Assembly (NCBI GenBank): GCA_039029535.1
Contig: JBCCFW010000004.1
Span: forward strand, 41,512-105,511
Direction of reading: 5' to 3'
DNA: 64,000 nucleotides
Origin: Acidobacteriota bacterium
GTDB lineage: Bacteria > Acidobacteriota > JBCCFW01
Shown here: positions 36,403 through 43,770 of the stretch, piece by piece
Numbering within the stretch: position 1 is the stretch's first letter
Layout: every line of letters starts with the position of its first letter
The notes under the pieces: model-generated
Databases searched by the model: none
Seen by the model: the letters and a program-made list of their open reading frames with translations, nothing else
Told to the model about the DNA's origin: nothing
Position numbers and translations under genes: made by a program

Positions 36403-38673
36403 TCAAGCCGACGGAGCGATGGGCATGAGCAACGCTTCGTCCCAGGTGGGCTCGTCGAGGCTGACGGCCGAGAGCAACCCGAGAACGACGCCCGAGCGTC
36501 CATCGAGCAGGCCGTTGCCGCTCAGACGTGGAGGCGTGTCGTCGGTGGGCAGGGCGAGGGTCACGGCGTGGTCGAGCCACGTTCGCGCTGCCTGCTCGAG
36601 TGAGGGGTGACCGAGGGCTCGATGCAGGCGATTGAGGGCCTGGGCGACGCCGATGGCTCCGTGGCAGGCAGAGGCCGTGTCGATGCCGGCCGACTCCGCC
36701 GAACGAGTGGCGGCGTGGAGCGCGATGTCGAGGGCGAGAATCTCCCAGCTCGACTCTCCGATCGAGCGAGCAGCCGAGAGCAGTGCGAGCGCGATCCCGA
36801 GGTCTCCCGAACACCACGATGGGCGCGACGGGGTCGGTGTCGCCCAGCCGACGAATGACGGGAATCGAGACGCCGAGCCCGGAGGAAGCTCCCGGTCGAG
36901 GAGCCACTCGATGCTCTCGAACAACAGCTCCCGTGCGGAGCCCGGTGGCTCGTCGAGCGCGCAGGCCCGGGAGAGCAGTGCGACGACGCCCGCCATCCCG
37001 TGCAGCACGCCGAGGTCGCGACGTCCCCCGCGGAAGACATGAGGTGCCTCGGGTGCGTGGCGCATGAGCGCGAGAGACCAGTCCCGCGAGCCGTTCACGA
37101 GCGAGGCCTGGTCGAGCCGCTCGATCACGTCCTCAATGAGGCTTCGTGCCGACGCACGTGACCGGCGCTCGAGGGCATGAACGCCGATCCCGACGAGCCC
37201 GCCGCGGAGATCCAACCGCCCGGTCCAAGCCTGTGAGGCGAGCGTGTCCGCGAGGGTGGCGTCGACGTCCTCCAGGCCGTCGGCTTCGTGCAGGCTCGCT
37301 TCCGAGAACCGCGAGGCGACCCACGCGACACCGGTGAAGCCGTCGTGGAGACCGATGCCCAGCGGACGCTCGGCGACTGCTTCGAGCGCGACATCGAGCC
37401 ATCGCGACGCCAGGTCGTCGTGAGCCGAGTCGATGCCGGCGCGCGCCAGCTCGAGATGGCAGAGCGCACGGCCGGCCGCACCGGTCGCCAGGGAAGCGTC
37501 GACGGACCCGGCGTCGACCGAGACGTCGGGCTCGGAGACCAGCTCGTCGGACAAGCGGGCGATCGCGTCCCAGGTCGTCTCTGCTTCCTGGCCGACGAGG
37601 AGTGGTTGCCACCCTGAGACGGGAGAGGGGCTCATCGCAGCCGGGGATGGCACGACGTCGAGCCGGGCTGCGCCGTCGCTTGGGCCTCTCGCCGTCGGTT
37701 CGAGCTCGAGCACGTGGAAGGCCCGGCAGGCGATCGGCTCGGCGCCCAGCCGCTCTGCAAGACGGAGGGTGTGTCGGTAACCGGAGAGGTGGCAGTTGGT
37801 GTCGAACCACGTGCGGGTCGCGCCTTGCTCCGCCGCACGCTCGGCGACCGCCGAAAGGAGGAGCGCGTGAATTCCCGTCCTCCTCATGTCCGGCAGGATC
37901 TCCTCGTACTCGGCGTGAACGTGCGGCCCCTTCCGGAACGCGAGCAGCACGCCGACGGCGCGGTCGTTCACGCGTGCGACGACCGAGAGGTCGCGGAGCG
38001 CGCGGTAGTCCTCGCTCAGGAGCCAGGTGCGGAAGTCGTCGCCCTTCCGGCCCAGCACGACGTGAAACAGCGACTCGAGCGAGGCGTCGGGGTCGTCCGG
38101 GAGTGGGCCGAGGCTCAGGCCGTCCGGGAGCGTTCGCCGACGGGCGATGCGCTCGCACAGCGTCGCGACGTGGGCACGGAAGTCTCCGAGGTCCACGTCG
38201 AAGCTGGCTTGCTCGAGGTCGCGGGAGAAGCCCTGCTCACGGAGGAAGGCGACGGCTCCGGGCTCCGTCGGCTGCGTCACTTCGAGAGACGTGACTCCGG
38301 CGGCCCGACCGTCCTCGCGCAGCCGCTCGAGGAGGATGCTGCCGACACCGCGCCGACGGGCGCCCTCGGCGACACGCAGCAACAGGGGCACGCGCTCGCC
38401 GACGTCGCCCCAGTAGCGAACACCGCGCGCCGCGGCGCCGACCGGTCGGCCCCCTGCTTCCGCGATGAGCAGGCCCGGCGCCCACGGGCCCAGCGGTCCG
38501 AGGTGCTCCGCGAGTTGGGCCCAGTCGGGTCGTTCCTCGAAGAGCTCCGGCAGGAGCTCTCGGAGAACGTCGGAATCGGAGCCGGTGGCTTGCCGGACTC
38601 GAATCCCCGGTTCGGCCGGTGGGATCGAGTCCGACCACGTGGTCGCTGCCTGCGTCTCGGACCTGCCCTGCAT
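36403..38673 (-). CDS. fusion protein: tandem GNAT acetyltransferase-like domains plus C-terminal LanC-like cyclase domain
   Basis: N-terminal ~330 aa with GNAT-like segments (RRRGVGSILLERL). C-terminal LanC motifs GVLHGMAGVVALL, SWCSGDLG and SACHGAIG. ATG 38673 preceded by GGAGGAAC. Confidence 0.75.
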   Translation of the reverse strand: MQGRSETQAATTWSDSIPPAEPGIRVRQATGSDSDVLRELLPELFEERPDWAQLAEHLGPLGPWAPGLLIAEAGGRPVGAAARGVRYWGDVGERVPLLLRVAEGARRRGVGSILLERLREDGRAAGVTSLEVTQPTEPGAVAFLREQGFSRDLEQASFDVDLGDFRAHVATLCERIARRRTLPDGLSLGPLPDDPDASLESLFHVVLGRKGDDFRTWLLSEDYRALRDLSVVARVNDRAVGVLLAFRKGPHVHAEYEEILPDMRRTGIHALLLSAVAERAAEQGATRTWFDTNCHLSGYRHTLRLAERLGAEPIACRAFHVLELEPTARGPSDGAARLDVVPSPAAMSPSPVSGWQPLLVGQEAETTWDAIARLSDELVSEPDVSVDAGSVDASLATGAAGRALCHLELARAGIDSAHDDLASRWLDVALEAVAERPLGIGLHDGFTGVAWVASRFSEASLHEADGLEDVDATLADTLASQAWTGRLDLRGGLVGIGVHALERRSRASARSLIEDVIERLDQASLVNGSRDWSLALMRHAPEAPHVFRGGRRDLGVLHGMAGVVALLSRACALDEPPGSARELLFESIEWLLDRELPPGSASRFPSFVGWATPTPSRPSWCSGDLGIALALLSAARSIGESSWEILALDIALHAATRSAESAGIDTASACHGAIGVAQALNRLHRALGHPSLEQAARTWLDHAVTLALPTDDTPPRLSGNGLLDGRSGVVLGLLSAVSLDEPTWDEALLMPIAPSA

Positions 38674-38730
38674 GGTTCCTCCGTCGGGAGCAGCCGCGCC
38701 AGGACGGAGCCCGGCGTTCGTCTCGCAGCG

Positions 38731-38759
38731 TCAGGACAGTGCAGGGCCAAGAACCTGAC
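38731..38759 (-). promoter_or_regulatory. conserved cis motif variant GTCAG-N15-CTGTCCTGA upstream of the GNAT-LanC gene (about 57 nt from the ATG)
   Basis: Same 15-nt spacing, and its GTCAGGTTC matches copy B. The 3' block is degenerate (CTGTCCTGA vs CTGTACAGG). Confidence 0.4.
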
Positions 38760-39117
38760 TCCAGCGTCGCGGATCCGAAATCCGCGTGCGGCACGTTCCT
38801 CTCGGAATCGTGACCACCCTCTCGGCCGGCTGACCGCGACCAAACGACGCGCGGCAATCCCGCTCAGAGGGGAAAATTCAGCCGTCTCAGCCCTTCCTGA
38901 ATTGCTGATTCACCAAATTCCAACTCTCGCTTGACCGGTCGGCTGGGTGAGCGCAATTTGTTTAGAAATTCAGTCAGGAAGGTTCAGGGGCCTGGGGCTC
39001 ACGGGGTGTTGCCAGCATCCCGACACGGACGACCCCCAACGCCGGGGGTCGTCCTGCGTCTCATGCGGACTCCCGCCCGTCGTGAGCACGCAGGATTCCG
39101 GGTCTCGAACGCAGAAA

Positions 39118-39165
39118 GACGAAAAGGGCGTGGAGTCGCCAACTCCACGCCCTTTTCATTTTTCG
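39118..39165 (-). terminator. Rho-independent terminator downstream of the Nif11-type precursor gene (bidirectional)
   Basis: 14-bp GC-rich stem AAAAGGGCGTGGAG / CTCCACGCCCTTTT with 7-nt loop. Flanked by T-tracts on both strands (TTTTCATTTTT on plus; UUUUCGUCUUUC on minus). Confidence 0.75.
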
Positions 39166-39213
39166 ATCGGCTGGTCAGCCGTTGCTCGCCTCAACGGGCG
39201 GGCAACGAGAGGA

Positions 39214-39708
39214 CTAGTTCATCCACTTGTCGAGCCAACCGGTGTCGATGCTGACCGAACCGGAGGCCGAGCCGCCGACGGTGCCGGGCTTCGTGCCGCT
39301 GACGCCGGTGTTGTTGCGGTTGGCCGCCTGGCCGGGGGCCGAGCCGCCGCCGCCCATGCCGCTGCCGACACCCATGGTGTTGCCGGCCGAGCGACGACGA
39401 ACCGCGTCGTAGACGGCGGAGGCGTCGATGGTGCCGCCACGGATGTTGCCGACCGTGCCGCCCACGCCGCCGGCGACCTGCTCGAGCATGTCGTCGGAGA
39501 GCTCTTCCGCGCTGGCCATGCGGGCCTTCAGGGCCTCACGGAGACCGGACGCGTCCTCGGCCGAGAAGGCGAAACCGTGCTTGCCAGCGACCTCGGCGAC
39601 GGAGGTGTCGACGTCCGCCGCCTCCTCGAGGGTGCGGTTCAGCTCATCCCGCAGGCCTTCGTCCTGACAGGCTTTGTTGAAGAACTCCAGGGCCTTTTCC
39701 GTGCTCAT
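39214..39708 (-). CDS. Nif11-type leader RiPP precursor peptide with Cys-free Gly/Ser/Thr-rich core
   Basis: 164 aa. Leader MSTEKALEFFNKACQDEGLRDELNRTLEEAADVDTSVAEVAGKHGFAFSAEDASGLREALKARMASAEELSDDMLEQVAGG matches the Nif11 leader family (ends LSDDMLEQVAGG). Core GTVGNIRGGTIDASAVYDAVRRRSAGNTMGVGSGMGGGGSAPGQAANRNNTGVSGTKPGTVGGSASGSVSIDTGWLDKWMN. SD GGAGGAAG. Confidence 0.8.
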   Translation of the reverse strand: MSTEKALEFFNKACQDEGLRDELNRTLEEAADVDTSVAEVAGKHGFAFSAEDASGLREALKARMASAEELSDDMLEQVAGGVGGTVGNIRGGTIDASAVYDAVRRRSAGNTMGVGSGMGGGGSAPGQAANRNNTGVSGTKPGTVGGSASGSVSIDTGWLDKWMN

Positions 39709-39888
39709 CGCGCTTCCTCCGCGGCGTGTTCCTTGGGTGGTTCGTAAACCGTGAACCAGGAGAGTACACGCTCTTCGTCACGCTGAAAAGACCTGGTCTC
39801 CAGAACGTCGTTCTTGACCGAAATCGACCACCTAGGCACCCTGAGACGGTCCTGAAGCGCCTCGAACGGGGGTCCCCTGCGCACCGGA

Positions 39889-40530
39889 TTGCTCCTCCTC
39901 ATCGGCCTGAGCCTCCTCGGCTCGACCACCCGGCCCGACCTGATCCGGGGCCGCTGCGTCCGTGTTCTCGATGGCGACAGCCTCGAGATGGAGGGCCCCA
40001 CGGGGCCCTTCACGGTGCGTCTCTCCGGCGTGGACGCCCCCGAGTGGGACCAGCCCTGGGGCCGCGCCGCCCGGGCCTGGGTCGAGGAGCTATGCGAGGG
40101 GCGGATGCTGACCCTGGACGTCGTCGACCGCGACCGGCACGGACGGCTCGTCGCGCGGGTGCGGTCGGGCCGCATCGACGTCTCCCGCAGCCTGGCCGAC
40201 GCCGGCCTGGCCTGGCACGACGAGCGGTACTCGCGCGACGGCCAGCTCCGGGACCTGGCGCGCTCGGCGCGTCGCGCCGGACGCGGGTTGTGGTCGACCT
40301 CGAAGCCGGTGGCGCCCTGGGACCATCGGGCACGTCGCTCGGCCGATGCGAGCGAGGTGGCCGAGAAGGACGCGACCACCCCGTCGGTCTTCGTTGCCAA
40401 CACGCGCAGCGGTGTCTTTCACTCCGCTTCCTGTCGGAACGCGGGCTGCCGGAACTGCCGGCGTCACTACGCCCGTCGTGCGGACGCGCTGGCTGCCGGT
40501 CATCGGCCGGCCGGCTGCTGTCGACCATGA
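39889..40530 (+). CDS. thermonuclease (staphylococcal-nuclease-like) family protein, exported
   Basis: SNase motifs VLDGDSLEM...VRLSGVDAPE. N-terminal hydrophobic segment. TTG start. Confidence 0.65.
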   Translation: MLLLIGLSLLGSTTRPDLIRGRCVRVLDGDSLEMEGPTGPFTVRLSGVDAPEWDQPWGRAARAWVEELCEGRMLTLDVVDRDRHGRLVARVRSGRIDVSRSLADAGLAWHDERYSRDGQLRDLARSARRAGRGLWSTSKPVAPWDHRARRSADASEVAEKDATTPSVFVANTRSGVFHSASCRNAGCRNCRRHYARRADALAAGHRPAGCCRP

Positions 40531-40570
40531 TGACGGTGCGGCCTCACCCCGCGCCGGCGAAGGATTGAAC

Positions 40571-41368
40571 GTGCTCGGTCAAGGTCGCGCGCCCCTGGTG
40601 GTCCTCGGTGTCACGGTGATGTCCGTGATCGGAGCTCGGCTCATGGGGGCCTCACCATCGCTGCTGATCGCAGCCGGCGTCATCGGGGCGCTCCTGGGGC
40701 TCGCGATCGTCTTCGTCCGGCGCAAGCTGCGCGAAGGTCTCACTCGCAACCTTCCCGCCGATCACCCCGAAGTCGTCGCGCTCTGCTCGCGGCTCCCGCT
40801 GCGGGAGCCCTGGCCGCGCTTCGGTGGTTGGGCGATCCTCCCGGACTTCGCCGAGCTCCTCCTCGAGCTCACGAAGGAGCGTCCCCACGCGTGCATCCTC
40901 GAGCTCGGTGGCGGTGCCTCGACTCAGGTGTTGGCGGCCGCCCTCGGCGACTCGACCCGCATCGTGTCGGTGGAAGCCGAGAAGCGCTTCGCCGACGATC
41001 TCCGCGACGCGCTCACGCACCAGGAGCTCACCGACCACGTGGAGGTCCTCGACGCAGCCATGAGCGGCACGCCGCCCTGGTACGACCGCGAGCGCGTGCA
41101 GTCGGCGGCGGAGCGACTCGGCCCCATCGACCTGCTCGTCGTCGATGGTCCCTCCACCGCGCTCGACGCGCGAGCACGTGAGCCGGCCATGCCCGAGCTG
41201 CTGAGCCGTCTGGCTCCCGACGCGACGGTCGTCCTCGACGACACGGTGCGCGAGGGTGAGCAGGCCATCGTCGAGGCGTGGCGTGAGCAGGGCCTGCTCG
41301 AAGGGTTCGAGGTGGAGCAGCGCCCGCTCGGTCGCGGGGCCATCGTGCTCCGACGTCAGTCGACCTAG
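40571..41368 (+). CDS. class I SAM-dependent methyltransferase-like protein with N-terminal TM helix
   Basis: Motif ILELGGGASTQVLAAAL (glycine-rich SAM binding) and acidic DDTV. Start assigned to GTG 40571 with an AAGGA SD (alternative ATG 40619). Confidence 0.5.
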   Translation: MLGQGRAPLVVLGVTVMSVIGARLMGASPSLLIAAGVIGALLGLAIVFVRRKLREGLTRNLPADHPEVVALCSRLPLREPWPRFGGWAILPDFAELLLELTKERPHACILELGGGASTQVLAAALGDSTRIVSVEAEKRFADDLRDALTHQELTDHVEVLDAAMSGTPPWYDRERVQSAAERLGPIDLLVVDGPSTALDARAREPAMPELLSRLAPDATVVLDDTVREGEQAIVEAWREQGLLEGFEVEQRPLGRGAIVLRRQST

Positions 41369-42690
41369 CCCGCTGCGTCTTCCATCATCCCGCGCCAGCG
41401 CTCGATCTCCTCGCGCAGCGACGCTCGCTCGGCTCGCATCTGTTGCAGGTGGCGAGGATGACGCAGGCGCAAGCGCCACTCCCGACGCCAGGAGCGCAGC
41501 GCGAGCACGCCCCGTCGCGTGATCAGCCCGAGGAAGGGAGCGACGAGCAGGCTGAGCACCGCCGGCACCGGCCCGAGCCAGGCATGCAGTCCCAGGGCGA
41601 GCAGGCCCCAGTACAGCGGGAAGAGCAAGGTGCCGCTGAGCAGCGCATGCCAGGCCTGAGACGGAGCGCCGGTGACCAGCGCGCGCCGACGAGCTCGACG
41701 GCCGGCCAGCCAGTACGGCGGTCCCGACTGAAGGAGCCCGAGCAGGAGCACGGGCAGGCCGAGGAGCGACAGCGCACGTCCTGTGATCCTCCGGTGGCTC
41801 GTGCGGAGGTCGAGCGAGGCGGCGGAGATCCCCTGGAGGTCGAGCTGCTCGGCGAGGGCGACCAGCCGCTGACGGAAGTCGTCGAGACGCTCGGGCTCCT
41901 CCTTCGAGAAGCGACGGATGGCGCGGGCCACCGCCAGGTCGAGGGCGTGACGCTCGCCCGGATCGTCGGCCCCGATGCGGTCGGCCAGCTCGCTCCGTTC
42001 GATGACGCGGAAGGCCGTGAGCAGCTCCTCGTGCTCGCCATCGTCGACGGCGACGAGCTGTTCCGACAGTCGCTCCTCGAGCACGCTCATGAAGGCATCG
42101 GACTCGAGCTCGGCGTCCACGGCGATCGGCTCGCCGATCACGATGGCAGCCTCGCTGCGGAAGCGTGCGCGGTCAGGGAAGTGCAAGACGACCGGCAGGA
42201 CCTGAACGGGCTCACCCGACAGCTCGGCAGCGCGGCGCGCGACGTGAGCGACCCCCTTGCGGAGTCGCTTGAGCCGTGGCTCGAGGTGCGTGAGGCCCTC
42301 GGGGAAGATGCCGAGCACGGTGCCTTCGGCGACGGCTTCGGCAGCCGTCTCGATGGCCGGGTTGGTGCCGCGGCTCTCACGTCCCTCGTGACGACGTCGC
42401 ACGGGGATGACCCCGAACGAGGAGAGCATCTTCGCGGCGAGGGGATGCTCGAAGAGTGGTGCCTTGGCGAGCCAGCGGATGGGGCGGGGGAACCAGGCCG
42501 ACAGCAGGAGCGGGTCGATGATGCTGTTGGGATGGTTCGCGGCGACCACGAGGGGACCGTCGGGCACGCGGCCGAGACCGGTGATCGAGAGATCCGGGTA
42601 GAAGGAGTGGAGGAGCAGACGCGCGAGACGGCGGATGGGCCGGTGCAGTCGCGTGCCGCCGGCGGTCGAGCTCACGGTCCGGCCGCCCAC
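41365..42690 (-). CDS. 1-acyl-sn-glycerol-3-phosphate acyltransferase (PlsC family) with C-terminal TM extension
   Basis: HX4D motif NHPNSIIDP and FPEG motif. Alternative GTG start at 42675 would give a GTGA overlap with the upstream gene. Confidence 0.75.
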   Translation of the reverse strand: MGGRTVSSTAGGTRLHRPIRRLARLLLHSFYPDLSITGLGRVPDGPLVVAANHPNSIIDPLLLSAWFPRPIRWLAKAPLFEHPLAAKMLSSFGVIPVRRRHEGRESRGTNPAIETAAEAVAEGTVLGIFPEGLTHLEPRLKRLRKGVAHVARRAAELSGEPVQVLPVVLHFPDRARFRSEAAIVIGEPIAVDAELESDAFMSVLEERLSEQLVAVDDGEHEELLTAFRVIERSELADRIGADDPGERHALDLAVARAIRRFSKEEPERLDDFRQRLVALAEQLDLQGISAASLDLRTSHRRITGRALSLLGLPVLLLGLLQSGPPYWLAGRRARRRALVTGAPSQAWHALLSGTLLFPLYWGLLALGLHAWLGPVPAVLSLLVAPFLGLITRRGVLALRSWRREWRLRLRHPRHLQQMRAERASLREEIERWRGMMEDAAG

Positions 42691-43289
42691 CAGAGGAAGA
42701 GGCTCTCGGCCGCCCCGACGGCGAAGCCGAGGACGCCACCGAGGATCTCCACGTGTTTCAGCTCGCGAGCGGCGATGCGGTAGACGACGCGCTCGAGATG
42801 CGCGACGTCGAAGCCTTCGATGCGCTCGCGGACCATCTCGCGCACGTCGATCTGTCGCTCGATGCCGGCGTGCATCTGCTCGGACAGGCCCGTGAACACG
42901 GCGAGGATCTCTTCCTCCAAGCGAGCCTTGAGGTCGTCGGTGAGCCCACCGGCGAAGCTCCGGACCATCGGGCCCATCTTGTTGAGCTGCTCCTCGACCA
43001 TGACGTCGAGACGCTCGCGCAGGCTGGCGCGGAGACTCTCGTCCTCGGTCAGCCCCTTCACGACGTCCTGGATGTCCTTGGCCGAGAGCAGCTCTTGCTC
43101 GACGGTGTCGGCGACCGAGGCGGCGAGCTCGGAGCGGCGCTTCGGCAAGACGCCCTGCACCTTGAAGCCCAGCACCGACACGGGCTCGCGCGGGCGGAAG
43201 ATCATCTTCACCGCCAGGGTGTTGGTCACCCAGCCGATGAGCGCGCCGATGAAGGGCAGCGCGAGCAGGGTCAGCGTGGTCGGGCTCAT
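42672..43289 (-). CDS. DUF445 family membrane protein
   Basis: N-terminal TM MSPTTLTLLALPFIGALIGWVTN followed by the FRPREPVSVLGFKVQGVLPKR block typical of DUF445. ATGA overlap. Confidence 0.55.
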   Translation of the reverse strand: MSPTTLTLLALPFIGALIGWVTNTLAVKMIFRPREPVSVLGFKVQGVLPKRRSELAASVADTVEQELLSAKDIQDVVKGLTEDESLRASLRERLDVMVEEQLNKMGPMVRSFAGGLTDDLKARLEEEILAVFTGLSEQMHAGIERQIDVREMVRERIEGFDVAHLERVVYRIAARELKHVEILGGVLGFAVGAAESLFLWWAAGP

Positions 43290-43770
43290 CGGAGGATCCT
43301 AGCGGGGGGCGTCGGGGTATCGGGTCGCTCGATGACGATGCGACGGTCGTCGGGACCGAGCTCGGACAGGGTCACGCGACAGGCTGCGCCCGCCTCGTGA
43401 CCGGCCAGGCGCTCGGGCCACTCCACCGCCGCGATGGCGTCGGAACCGGGCAGCTCGTCGAGCCCGAGCTCGGTCAGCTCCTCGGGACCGTCGATGCGGT
43501 AGAGGTCGACGTGGACCAGGCCGAGTCGGGGCTCGTCGTCGTCGGTGACGGCTGGACGGTGAACGTTGACGATCGTGAAGGTCGGCGAGCAGACGTCGTC
43601 GGGAGAGAGGCCGAGGCCCTCGGCCAGGCCCTTGGCGAAGTGGGTCTTGCCCACGCCGAGATCACCGACGAGGTGGATCACCGAGCCACCGGGCAGGGAG
43701 GCCGCGAGCTCGGCCGCGATCTCCATCGTCTCGGAGACGTCGTGGCTCTCGAAGGAACGCGTGGTCGTCA
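43286..43770 (-). CDS. tsaE: tRNA threonylcarbamoyladenosine biosynthesis protein TsaE (YjeE-like ATPase)
   Basis: P-loop GDLGVGKTHFAKGLAEGLG and conserved SPTFTIVNVH. Start assigned to GTG 43770 (GTGA overlap with nnr); the ORF-track start at 43831 would overlap nnr by 64 nt. Confidence 0.6.
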
